Positions 8,307 through 16,919 of a stretch of 64,000 bases of DNA are shown here, piece by piece. The DNA is taken from assembly GCA_049437325.1 (NCBI GenBank), contig JBMTIM010000001.1, positions 80,738 to 144,737 on the forward strand. Reading direction: 5' to 3'. Each line of letters starts with the position of its first letter. Within the stretch, counting starts at the first letter, position 1. The notes under the pieces were generated by a model. That model saw only the letters and a list, made by a program, of their open reading frames with translations, searched no databases and was not told the origin of the DNA. The position numbers were made by a program, and so were the translations under genes. The stretch comes from Acidimicrobiales bacterium (GTDB lineage Bacteria > Actinomycetota > Acidimicrobiia > Acidimicrobiales > Aldehydirespiratoraceae).

Positions 8307-10451
8307 CTAGTCGCGGCCGTCTTCGGCACGCTGGCGGGGCTGCGCCACGACGACCACGGTGGCGTCGCAACGCTCGAGCACGGTCTCGACGGTTCGGCCG
8401 AGGAAGGGCCGGCCGTCGACGTTGCGGAGCTGAGCACCGAGGACGACGAGGTCGGCCTCCTCGGATCGAGCCACCTGGACGAGCGCTTCCCCGGCCGAGC
8501 GTCCGTCCCGGATGAGTTCGCGCGGATCGATCCCTGCTTGGTTCGCCCGCTCGACAGCACGGGCCATCATCGATACCGCCGCCGTGTGGACAGGATCGTC
8601 GACCGGATTCCGGCGGGCGAAGATGCGGGGCAACTCGTTGACGCGATCGACGACGTGCGAGAGCACCACTTCGGTACCGAGCTGGGTCGAGATCGCAAAG
8701 GCAACCTCTTGTGCCGACCGAGACGACCGCGTGCCGGTCACCGGCACGATCACCCGCGAGAACGCGGCTGGGAGTGGCCGCTCCAGGCCTCGTGCTCGGC
8801 GCACGATCACGACAGGAGTGACGGCATCGAGGAGCATCTCGTCGACCATCGGCGAATACAGCACACCTTCGTGGCGGGCAGCGACACCGACAACGACCAC
8901 GCCGTAGCCGAGCTTCGACTCGGTGACGATCGCAGCGGCGACGCCGGGACCCTGCGCCCGTGCGTGGTCGACCTCGCGCTCGTCGAGAACGGCTCTCAGT
9001 ACATCGACGTCGACCTGTTCTCCTCCCCCGACAGTGAGAATCGTCGCCGGCGCCTCCTTCGGCCACGCGAACTGGACGATCTGCGCTGCGGCGATCGATG
9101 CGGGATGCCCCTGCGACGGCAGCAGGATCCGAGACGACTTGACCACGAGGTTTCTCGACAGCGCCTCTTCGCGGTCGAGTCGCTCCTGCTCTTCGTCGCT
9201 GCCTCGCCAATCACGAACGACAATCCGCAAGCTGACGGCGGCAAAGATCGATGTCACGAGCGGCACGATCACGATGACCGTGTATGCCGTCTCGGTGAAC
9301 ACGCCCAGCGACAGACCGACCGATGCGATGACGATCTCCAAAGCGCCTCTGGCATTGAGGCCGGCACCGAGCGCCGACGCAGCGCGACGAGACTGACCGG
9401 CCAGTCGGGCGCCGATGAATGCACCGGCGAACTTGGCGACGATCGCAACCAGCACCACGACGAACGCCCATTGCAGCGCATCGCCTTCACCGAGCAGCGT
9501 CAGATCTACCCGGAGGCCGGCGGTTGCGAAGAAGACGGGGGCGAGAAAGCTGTCGGTGATCGACTCGACATGGTGCAGCACCTCCTGTTGCTGGAACCGT
9601 GAGCGATGAAGCACGACACCGGCAACGAAGGCGCCGAGCACCGCCTCGATCCCGAGGGCCTGGGTGGCGACGCCATAGATCAGCATCGTGGCGATGACGA
9701 CGGTCATCGCACCCGGGATGTTCGGACCGTTTCGGCGGACGTACCGCAGGGCGCGGTCGACGACGCGCTGGCCCACGGTCATCGCCAGAATCACGAAGAC
9801 GACCAGACCACCGACCGTCTTCGTGATGCCACCGAGCGAGACCGCACCCGAGGTCGCAAAGCCGGCAAAGATCGCCAGCATCACCCAACCGACCACGTCG
9901 TTCGCCATGCCCGCTGCGACAGTGATCTGACCGAAGTCACGACGCATCAGGCCGAGTTCACTGAGGATCTTGGCGATCACGGCGAGCGCCGACACGGAGA
10001 GTGCAGCGGCGACGAAGAGTGCGAACACCAGGCGCTCGGACTCGGCACCGACGAACTCCTCGGGCAGAAGTTCGCCGACGATCAGGCCACCGACGAGTGG
10101 AACGAAGAGCGAGAAACCGGCGACGAGTGCGGCGGCCCTTCCGAGGCGACGGATGAGCCCGAGGTCGGTCTCGAATCCGGCGGTGATCAACAACAGCGCA
10201 ACACCGAGCCAGGACACGGCGTAGAGCGCACCGGACTGGATTTCGTCGTCGGGCAAGAACCAGTGGAAGCCGTCGGGCCAGACCCTGCCGAAGATCGACG
10301 GGCCGAGGACGACGCCGGCGGCCAGTTGACCGATGACGGACGGCAGGTTGACCCGACGCATGATCTCGCCGAACAGCCGGGCAAAGGCGACGAGGAGCAG
10401 CAACTGCGTCCAAAAGACGAGGAGTTGATGCTCGTCGAGCGGGATCAGCAC
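8307..10451 (-). CDS. Cation:proton antiporter (CPA2/Na_H exchanger type) fused to two C-terminal universal-stress-protein domains
   Basis: Track ORF, 714 aa, GTG start. About 400 aa of polytopic helices are followed by two USP-like alpha/beta repeats (..VVVVGVAARHEG.. and ..ADLVVLGAQLRNVDGRPFLGRTVETVLERCDATVVVV). Confidence 0.85.
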   Translation of the reverse strand: MLIPLDEHQLLVFWTQLLLLVAFARLFGEIMRRVNLPSVIGQLAAGVVLGPSIFGRVWPDGFHWFLPDDEIQSGALYAVSWLGVALLLITAGFETDLGLIRRLGRAAALVAGFSLFVPLVGGLIVGELLPEEFVGAESERLVFALFVAAALSVSALAVIAKILSELGLMRRDFGQITVAAGMANDVVGWVMLAIFAGFATSGAVSLGGITKTVGGLVVFVILAMTVGQRVVDRALRYVRRNGPNIPGAMTVVIATMLIYGVATQALGIEAVLGAFVAGVVLHRSRFQQQEVLHHVESITDSFLAPVFFATAGLRVDLTLLGEGDALQWAFVVVLVAIVAKFAGAFIGARLAGQSRRAASALGAGLNARGALEIVIASVGLSLGVFTETAYTVIVIVPLVTSIFAAVSLRIVVRDWRGSDEEQERLDREEALSRNLVVKSSRILLPSQGHPASIAAAQIVQFAWPKEAPATILTVGGGEQVDVDVLRAVLDEREVDHARAQGPGVAAAIVTESKLGYGVVVVGVAARHEGVLYSPMVDEMLLDAVTPVVIVRRARGLERPLPAAFSRVIVPVTGTRSSRSAQEVAFAISTQLGTEVVLSHVVDRVNELPRIFARRNPVDDPVHTAAVSMMARAVERANQAGIDPRELIRDGRSAGEALVQVARSEEADLVVLGAQLRNVDGRPFLGRTVETVLERCDATVVVVAQPRQRAEDGRD

Positions 10452-10454
10452 GCC

Positions 10455-11249
10455 TCAGCGCTCCACGTCGATGAAGACCGGAGCATGATCGGAGGGTGGG
10501 TCGTCTTTGGGACCCTTGCGTTCGTTGCGATCGATCAGCGCCACGCGCGTTGCATCAGCGACGGATCGCGTGGTCATGAGCAGATCGATTCGCAAGCCCA
10601 TCTTCTTGTGGAAGTTGCCACCGCGGTAGTCCCACCACGAATAGAGACGATCAGCGTCATGGTGTTCACGAAAGACGTCCACCAGGCCCCACGCTTCGAG
10701 CGCAGCGAGCTTGTCGCGCTCGGCCTGGCTGGTGTGTGTCTGCGTTGCGAACGCTTTCGGGTCCCAGCAATCCATGTCGGCCGGGCAGATGTTGTAGTCA
10801 CCCACGACCACAACATCGTCCGCCGGGTCGCACTGCCCGTCGAGATCGCCTGCAAGTCGATCGAGCCATCGCAGCTTGTACTGGTAGTGCTCGTGGTCGA
10901 GCGACCGGCCGTTGGGGACGTAGCAGCTGGCGACGCGGACACCTCCGCATGTCGCCCAGGCGATCCGAGCATCGACGTCAGGGTCGGCACCGTCACCGAA
11001 CCCACCGATCGGGTCGTCGAGGCCGACCTTGCTGAGGATCGCCACGCCGTTCCATTGGCCCTGCCCATGGTGGAAGGACTCGTAACCGAGCGCCTCGAAG
11101 GTGAGTGCCGGAAATGCATCGTCGGCAAGTTTGGTCTCCTGCAAGCACAACACATCGGGTTCGAAGGTCTCCAACCAGCGCTCGACCCGGCCGACTCGGG
11201 CGTTCAAGGAGTTGACATTCCACGTCGCGATCCGCACCCGTCGGACCAT
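10455..11249 (-). CDS. xthA: Exodeoxyribonuclease III / AP endonuclease
   Basis: Last 264 codons of track ORF 10455..11813. Start at MVRRVRIATWNVNSL (CAT 11247-11249). Motifs LCLQETK, VGDYNI and SDHAPV. Confidence 0.9.
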   Translation of the reverse strand: MVRRVRIATWNVNSLNARVGRVERWLETFEPDVLCLQETKLADDAFPALTFEALGYESFHHGQGQWNGVAILSKVGLDDPIGGFGDGADPDVDARIAWATCGGVRVASCYVPNGRSLDHEHYQYKLRWLDRLAGDLDGQCDPADDVVVVGDYNICPADMDCWDPKAFATQTHTSQAERDKLAALEAWGLVDVFREHHDADRLYSWWDYRGGNFHKKMGLRIDLLMTTRSVADATRVALIDRNERKGPKDDPPSDHAPVFIDVER

Positions 11250-11264
11250 ACCGCGGTCGGCTCG

Positions 11265-11270
11265 TATGCT
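11265..11270 (+). promoter_or_regulatory. Candidate -10 hexamer TATGCT for a leaderless kgd transcript
   Basis: TAnnnT pattern ending 7 nt before GTG 11278. Only 16-28 nt separate kgd from the divergent xthA. Confidence 0.35.
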
Positions 11271-11277
11271 GTGGCGC

Positions 11278-14200
11278 GTGTCCATCAACGACCCTTCTGA
11301 TCTCGGCCCGAATGCCTGGATGGCTGACGAGATGCGAGCGCAGTGGGCGCTCGACCCAAGCTCGGTTGCTCCTGAATGGCGGGCCCTGTTCGAGGGCGAG
11401 GTGGCCAATGGGGTCGCCACGTCGGCACCTGCGGCGGCTTCGACCATCGAGGTCAACTCGATCGAGGTGGCACAACCGGTGATGCCGGTCCCCGAACCCG
11501 CCCTGCAGACGAAGGAAGGACCGGTGGTGAAGGACGCCACCGCCCCGCCGACGATCGACGGGAACTCCTCAGAACCCGAGGGTGAACCGATTCGCGGCGC
11601 AGCGGCACGCATCGCAGCAAACATGGAGGCGAGTCTCGAGGTGCCGACCGCCACATCGTTTCGCCAGGTGCCGGCGAAGTTGTTGGAGGTCAACCGCAAG
11701 GTCATCAACGGCTTCTTGGCCCGCAAGCTGCGCGGCAAGATCTCGTTCACGCACCTGATCGGGTACGCCGTTGTTCGCGCCATTGCCGACTCGATGCCGG
11801 CGATGAACAACACCTACACAACGACCCATGACGGCAAGCCGATGTTGCTGCGCAACGAACACGTCGGGCTCGGGATCGCTGTCGACCTCGAAAAGCCCGA
11901 CGGGACCCGCACCCTCATGGTTCCGTGCATCAAGATGGCCGACACGCTCAACTTCGAACAGTTCGTCGAGGCGTACGAGGAGCTGATCCGAAAAACCCGG
12001 GACGGCAAACTCGGCGTCGACGACTTCACCGGCACGACGGTGAGCCTCACCAACCCCGGAACGATCGGCACGCTGCAGTCGGTGCCGCGCCTGATGCAGG
12101 GTCAGAGTCTGATCGTCGGGGTGGGCTCGATCGACTTCCCCACCGAGTTCCAAGCTGCCGATCCGGCGACGCTGGCCGATCTGGGCGTGTCGAAGGTCAT
12201 CACGCTGACGTCGACGTACGACCACCGAGTCATTCAGGGTGCCGAGTCGGGCATGTTCTTGCGGAAGGTCCACGAGCTCCTGCTCGGCGAGGACAACTTC
12301 TACGTCGAGGTGTTCCGCTCGATGGGTGTGCCGTACGAGGCGGTGAAGTGGCGGCGCGACATCAACCCCATCGACCGTGAGTCGTCCCTGCTCGAGAAGC
12401 AGGCCAAAGTCAACCAGCTGATCAACATGTATCGGGTCCGAGGTCACCTGATCGCCGATCTCGATCCGTTGGCGGTCAAGGAACCGATGATGCACCCGGA
12501 GCTCGATCCGGCGACCTACGACCTCACCATCTGGGACCTCGACCGCCAGTTCCTCACCGGAAGCGCAACCGGGATCTACGCCCGGGTCGGAGGCGAGGAA
12601 CGCATGTCGCTCGGCAACCTGCTCGGTGTCCTGCGCGATGCGTACTGTCGCACCGTCGGCGTCGAGTACATGCACATCCAGGATCCGGCAGAAAAGCGCT
12701 GGATACAGGAACGACTCGAGGGAGCCGATCGTGCGGTTCAACCTGACGAGCAACGACACATCCTCGAGCGGCTGAACGCCGCTGAGGCGCTGGAAGTCTT
12801 CCTCGGCACGAAGTACGTCGGCCAGAAGCGCTTCGGGATCGAGGGTGCCGAGTCAACCATCCCGCTGCTCGACGCGCTGCTCGGTGCGGCCGCCGACGAC
12901 GGGATGGCCGAGGCGATCATCGGTATGGCCCACCGAGGTCGGCTCAACGTGCTCGTCAACATCGTTGGCAAAACCTACGGACAACTCTTTTCGGAGTTCG
13001 AGGGCCAAGGTGTCGGCAACATGACGATGGGTTCCGGTGATGTGAAATATCACCTGGGCCAGAGCGGAACGTTCACCAGCCGCAACGGAGCCGACCTCCC
13101 GATACGACTGGCCGCCAACCCCTCGCATCTCGAAGCAGTCAATCCCGTCGTCCTCGGTATGGCACGCGCCCAAATGGACCTCATCCAGCCCGGGGACGGC
13201 TTCGGCGAGTACCCCGTATTGCCCCTGCTGCTGCACGGAGATGCGGCCTTTGCCGGCCAGGGTGTGGTCGCCGAAACACTCAACCTGTCGCAGATTCGTG
13301 GCTACCGGGTCGGTGGGTGCGTTCATGTGATCATCAACAACCAGGTCGGTTTCACGACAGCTCCGCACGCAGCGCGGTCGTCGCAGTACTCGACCGACGT
13401 GGCGAAGATGATCCAGGCACCGATCTTCCACGTGAACGGCGACGACCCTGAGGCGTGCGTGCGCGTCGCGCGCCTGGCATTCGAGTATCGCCAGGCGTTC
13501 AACAAGGACGTCGTGATCGACATGATTTGCTATCGGCGCCACGGCCACAACGAGGGTGACGATCCGAGCTACACGCTCCCCGAGATGTACCGGCGTATCG
13601 ATGCGAGACCGAGCGTCCGCGAGCTCTACACCAACTCGTTGGTGAAGCGCGGTGACCTGAGCCCTGACGAGGCCGAGGAGGCCCTTGCCGACTTCCGGGC
13701 CCGGCTGCAATCTGCACTCGATCAGACCCGAGAAACGGCTCACAGCGGCGACAGAGCCCACTTGCCCACTGCGGGAGCAGGAGTACTGCCTCACCTCGAC
13801 ACGGCAGTCGACCGAGCCACCATCGACACGATCTACGCAGCTCTTTCGTCGAAACCCGACGGGTTCACGATGCACCCGAAGCTGGCCCAGCAGTTCGCCA
13901 CCCGCGACACCTTGTTCGAGAGCGGCGAGATCGACTGGGCACTGGGTGAGGCGATGGCCTACGGAAGCCTGTTGCTCGAGGGAACCTCGGTTCGCCTGGC
14001 AGGTCAGGACACCCGGCGCGGCACCTTCAGTCACCGTCACTCGACGCTCGTCGATTACGAAACCGGCAGTGAGTACGTCCCGCTGGCGACACTCACCGGC
14101 GGCGACACCACCCAGTTCTGGGTCTACGACTCCTTGCTGAGCGAGTACGCCGCACTGGGGTTCGAGTACGGCTATGCGATCGCCAACCCGAGCGCACTGG

Positions 14201-14955
14201 TCCTGTGGGAAGCCCAGTTCGGCGATTTCGCCAACGGCGCCCAGATCATCATCGATCAGTTCATCGTGGCTGCGAAGGACAAATGGAACCAGGACTGCGG
14301 TCTGGTGATGCTGCTCCCCCATGGCTACGAGGGCCAGGGGCCCGAGCACTCGTCGGCCCGAATCGAACGGTTTCTCCTGCTGGCGGCCGAGGACAACATG
14401 TCGGTCTGCAACGCCACGACTGCGAGCCAGTTCTTCCACCTGCTCCGCCGCCAGTCGATGCAGTCGGTGTCGACCCCGCTGGTGGTGTTCACCCCGAAGT
14501 CGTTGCTGCGGTCGAAGCACTCGCGTTCTCCAGTGAGCGAACTCACGTCGGGCACCTTCGAAGAGTTGCTGGGTGACGTCAATCCACCACCGGCAGACAC
14601 GGTCGAACGGGTCATCTTCTGCTCGGGGAAGGTTGCGTTCGATCTCATGGCCGAACGCGACAGGCGCAAGGCCAACGTTGCGATCGCCCGGGTCGAGCAG
14701 CTCTATCCGTGGCCGTTCGAGGCAGTGAAGCAGCAACTCGACGCCTATCCGAACGCCCGCGACATCCGGTGGGTGCAGGAGGAGCCGGAAAACATGGGAC
14801 CGTGGAATGCGATCAAGGGGCGTCTCTACGAGGCGCACGGCGCAACCCACGACATCCATCGGGTGAGCCGCTTCGAGTCCGGCTCACCAGCCTGCGGCTC
14901 AGCAGCCGTTCACGGTCAAGAACTCGAGGTTCTGCTCGACGAAGCGCTCGGTTGA
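11278..14955 (+). CDS. kgd: Multifunctional 2-oxoglutarate decarboxylase/dehydrogenase E1 (Kgd/OdhA type with fused E2-like acyltransferase segment)
   Basis: Track ORF 11101..14955. It is collinear with mycobacterial Kgd as I recall it (TSTYDHRVIQGAESG, GSGDVKYHLG, LHGDAAFAGQGVV, LLPHGYEGQGPEHSS). Start placed at GTG 11278 (MSINDPSDLGPNAW resembles Kgd N-termini). ATG 11266 is the alternative. Confidence 0.9.
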   Translation: MSINDPSDLGPNAWMADEMRAQWALDPSSVAPEWRALFEGEVANGVATSAPAAASTIEVNSIEVAQPVMPVPEPALQTKEGPVVKDATAPPTIDGNSSEPEGEPIRGAAARIAANMEASLEVPTATSFRQVPAKLLEVNRKVINGFLARKLRGKISFTHLIGYAVVRAIADSMPAMNNTYTTTHDGKPMLLRNEHVGLGIAVDLEKPDGTRTLMVPCIKMADTLNFEQFVEAYEELIRKTRDGKLGVDDFTGTTVSLTNPGTIGTLQSVPRLMQGQSLIVGVGSIDFPTEFQAADPATLADLGVSKVITLTSTYDHRVIQGAESGMFLRKVHELLLGEDNFYVEVFRSMGVPYEAVKWRRDINPIDRESSLLEKQAKVNQLINMYRVRGHLIADLDPLAVKEPMMHPELDPATYDLTIWDLDRQFLTGSATGIYARVGGEERMSLGNLLGVLRDAYCRTVGVEYMHIQDPAEKRWIQERLEGADRAVQPDEQRHILERLNAAEALEVFLGTKYVGQKRFGIEGAESTIPLLDALLGAAADDGMAEAIIGMAHRGRLNVLVNIVGKTYGQLFSEFEGQGVGNMTMGSGDVKYHLGQSGTFTSRNGADLPIRLAANPSHLEAVNPVVLGMARAQMDLIQPGDGFGEYPVLPLLLHGDAAFAGQGVVAETLNLSQIRGYRVGGCVHVIINNQVGFTTAPHAARSSQYSTDVAKMIQAPIFHVNGDDPEACVRVARLAFEYRQAFNKDVVIDMICYRRHGHNEGDDPSYTLPEMYRRIDARPSVRELYTNSLVKRGDLSPDEAEEALADFRARLQSALDQTRETAHSGDRAHLPTAGAGVLPHLDTAVDRATIDTIYAALSSKPDGFTMHPKLAQQFATRDTLFESGEIDWALGEAMAYGSLLLEGTSVRLAGQDTRRGTFSHRHSTLVDYETGSEYVPLATLTGGDTTQFWVYDSLLSEYAALGFEYGYAIANPSALVLWEAQFGDFANGAQIIIDQFIVAAKDKWNQDCGLVMLLPHGYEGQGPEHSSARIERFLLLAAEDNMSVCNATTASQFFHLLRRQSMQSVSTPLVVFTPKSLLRSKHSRSPVSELTSGTFEELLGDVNPPPADTVERVIFCSGKVAFDLMAERDRRKANVAIARVEQLYPWPFEAVKQQLDAYPNARDIRWVQEEPENMGPWNAIKGRLYEAHGATHDIHRVSRFESGSPACGSAAVHGQELEVLLDEALG

Positions 14956-14971
14956 CATCGGGGCGGTTGCC

Positions 14972-15685
14972 TCAACGAAGGTCGAGACCGGTGATCGTCT
15001 CCAATTCGACAAGGGCAACGTCCGGGTCGACCACCTTGATGGTCCGCATGCCCATTGCCCTCGCCGGTTTCAGATTGATTCCGAGATCATCGAGAAACAC
15101 ACACTCGAACGGTTCGACCTCGAGCCGCTCACAGGCGATCTCGTAGAAGCGCGGCTCGGGCTTTCGCACGCCCACGACGCTCGACTCGATGATCTCGTCG
15201 AACAGCGCGTGAATCTCGTCGAGTGATTGGCCATCGCCGTCGATCGCCGGTTGCGTGACCATTGCTTCGGTCCCCGAGCCGGACGGGGGCTTGAAGTTGT
15301 TGGTGAGCATCGCCGTTTTGAAGTTCGCAGCACAACGGCGGAGCGCTTCGACCATGGCGGGTCGAATCACACCCCGCAACGCGTCGACGACCCGTTGCGC
15401 ATCGACGTCGAAGCCGAGCGCCCTCGCCTCGGCCTCGAAACGTTCCTTGAAGCCGGCAACCGAGACTTCACCGCGTTCGAAGTGCGCCCATGCGTTGGTA
15501 TCGGGATTCATGGCGTTGATCTGCCGGATCGTGTCACGCGGCAATCCCGCTTCCGCCTCGTACCGATTGAAAGCCTCGAACGGGCTCGACAGGATCACGC
15601 CACCGAAGTCGAAGAGCACCGCTCGGATCACATCGAGCACCCTAATCACCGGCACCACGGCTTCACCTGCTTGACTGACCCCCAT
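14972..15685 (-). CDS. HAD-IA family hydrolase (soluble-epoxide-hydrolase N-terminal phosphatase-like)
   Basis: C-terminal part of track ORF 14972..16369. Motifs AVLFDFGGVI, MLTNN, VGVRKPEPRFYE and FLDDLGINL. Start uncertain: ATG at 15685 would overlap the divergent ATG at 15684, so one of the in-frame GTGs about 27-45 nt downstream (e.g. near 15649) is more likely. Confidence 0.8.
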   Translation of the reverse strand: MGVSQAGEAVVPVIRVLDVIRAVLFDFGGVILSSPFEAFNRYEAEAGLPRDTIRQINAMNPDTNAWAHFERGEVSVAGFKERFEAEARALGFDVDAQRVVDALRGVIRPAMVEALRRCAANFKTAMLTNNFKPPSGSGTEAMVTQPAIDGDGQSLDEIHALFDEIIESSVVGVRKPEPRFYEIACERLEVEPFECVFLDDLGINLKPARAMGMRTIKVVDPDVALVELETITGLDLR

Positions 15686-16838
15686 GCCCAAGCACGCCGT
15701 CGTGGACGGTTCCAACATCGCCACCGAGAGCCGAGCGGAGCCGAGTCTCCAACAATTGCGCGAGGCGGTGGCCACGTTCACGTCCGAGCATGCGTTCGAC
15801 ATCGTGACCGTCATTGTCGATGCATCGTTCGAGCACCGGGTGGCGAAGGCAGAGCAGAACGCGGTACGAGCCGCAATCGATGCGAACGAGATCATCACGC
15901 CGCCAGCAGGTGTGATCGGACGGGGCGACACCTTCATCTTGCAGGTGGCCGACCGGGCCCAGGCGGTGGTCCTTTCCAATGATTCGTTCCAGGAGTTCCA
16001 CGGTACGTTCGGGTGGCTGTTCGACGAGGGTCGCCTGATCGGCGGAAAGCCGATCCCTGGTGTGGGGTGGATCTTCGTGCCGCGCGCGCCGGTTCGCGGA
16101 CCGGTGAGCCGCCGAGCTCGAGCAACAGCAGAGAACACCGAACCGAAGCAGACCAAACCGAAGCAGACGGAACCGAAGACGAACGCCGACAAGAAGCCCA
16201 CCAAACGGGTCGCCAAAAAGGTCGCAAAAAAGGTCGCAAAAAAGGTCGCAAAAACGTCGAACGCGCGTGTACCGACAACGTCCGAACCGGTCGGTCCGGG
16301 TTCGAATCCGCGTGCCGCCTGGAATGCGTTCCGGAGACGCCATCCGGAAGGATCGATGGTGAACGCCACCGTCGACGAGTTCTCGTCCCACGGGGCATAT
16401 GCGACGAGCGGTGCGATGACGCTCTATCTCCCGCTTCGGCTCTTGGGGGATCCGGCGCCGCAGCGAGCCCGAGACGCGGTGACGCTCGGCCAGAGCTTCC
16501 GTGTTGTCATTCACCGCTACGACCACGAGCGTCTCGGCATCGACGCCGGGCTGATTGCCCTCGACGGCTCCGGCAGGAGAACGGCAACCAAGAAGGCAGC
16601 ACCCGGCAAGAAGGCCGCCGCCAAGAAGGCCGCAGCCAAGAAAGCAGCACCTGGCAAGAAAGCCGCCGCCAAGAAGGCAGCAACGAAACCGGCACCCGGC
16701 AAGAAGGCCGCCGCCAAGAAGGCAGCAGCCAAGAAAGCAGCCAAGAAGGCAGCACCTGGCAAGAAAGCCGCCGCCAAGAAGGCAGCACCCACCAAAAAAG
16801 CCGCCGCAACAAGAGGTCGCGCAACACGACGCCGGTGA
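15684..16838 (+). CDS. Zc3h12a-type NYN ribonuclease fused to an S1-like RNA-binding domain and two lysine-rich repeat tracts
   Basis: Track ORF, 384 aa. The N-terminus is collinear with the MCPIP1/Zc3h12a NYN core (AVVDGSNIA ; ITPPAGVIGRGDTFILQVA ; AVVLSNDSFQEF). Then comes a (VAKK)4 linker and an S1-like fold (GSMVNATVDEFSSHGAYATSG...GQSFRVVIHRYDHERLGIDAGL). The tail has KKAAPGKKAAAKKAAA repeats. Confidence 0.8.
   Translation: MPKHAVVDGSNIATESRAEPSLQQLREAVATFTSEHAFDIVTVIVDASFEHRVAKAEQNAVRAAIDANEIITPPAGVIGRGDTFILQVADRAQAVVLSNDSFQEFHGTFGWLFDEGRLIGGKPIPGVGWIFVPRAPVRGPVSRRARATAENTEPKQTKPKQTEPKTNADKKPTKRVAKKVAKKVAKKVAKTSNARVPTTSEPVGPGSNPRAAWNAFRRRHPEGSMVNATVDEFSSHGAYATSGAMTLYLPLRLLGDPAPQRARDAVTLGQSFRVVIHRYDHERLGIDAGLIALDGSGRRTATKKAAPGKKAAAKKAAAKKAAPGKKAAAKKAATKPAPGKKAAAKKAAAKKAAKKAAPGKKAAAKKAAPTKKAAATRGRATRRR
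16209..16256 (+). repeat. Four tandem 12-bp coding repeats (GTCGCNAAAAAG; encodes VAKK x4)
   Basis: gtcgccaaaaag gtcgcaaaaaag gtcgcaaaaaag gtcgcaaaaacg, read directly, inside the NYN-S1 gene. Confidence 0.9.
16587..16812 (+). repeat. Degenerate tandem coding repeats encoding KKAAPGKKAAAKKAAA-type Lys/Ala/Pro tract
   Basis: Recurring aagaaggccgccgccaagaaggcagc / ggcaagaaagccgccgcc units. They are mirrored by the antisense AAFLAA track ORFs 16507..16851 and 16517..16795. Confidence 0.85.
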
Positions 16839-16919
16839 CTCGTCGTTCCACCCGCCGACCGCGGGCCCTGCCTTCACCCTCGGGTCTTGGCCGTTTTGTG
16901 CCCGATAGCCTCGGTGACC

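Noticed and set aside
12853-14859. 668-aa and 396-aa (11569..12759) minus-strand ORFs opposite kgd
   Set aside because: They are antisense artefacts of a very well supported 1200+ aa gene, with low-complexity R/G/V/D/H-rich translations.
15683-15686. Divergent HAD and NYN-S1 genes apparently sharing a CATG so that their ATG codons overlap
   Set aside because: A zero-length divergent promoter region is implausible. The HAD DxD motif (LFDFGG) starts 24 codons in, and several in-frame GTGs lie in between, so the HAD start is probably downstream. I treat this as annotation ambiguity, not biology.
16100-16850. Tandem repeats at 16.1-16.8 kb as a CRISPR array or non-coding satellite
   Set aside because: The units are 12 bp or degenerate multiples of 3, with no unique spacers. 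They lie in one open frame encoding Lys/Ala/Pro tracts, so they are coding low-complexity repeats.
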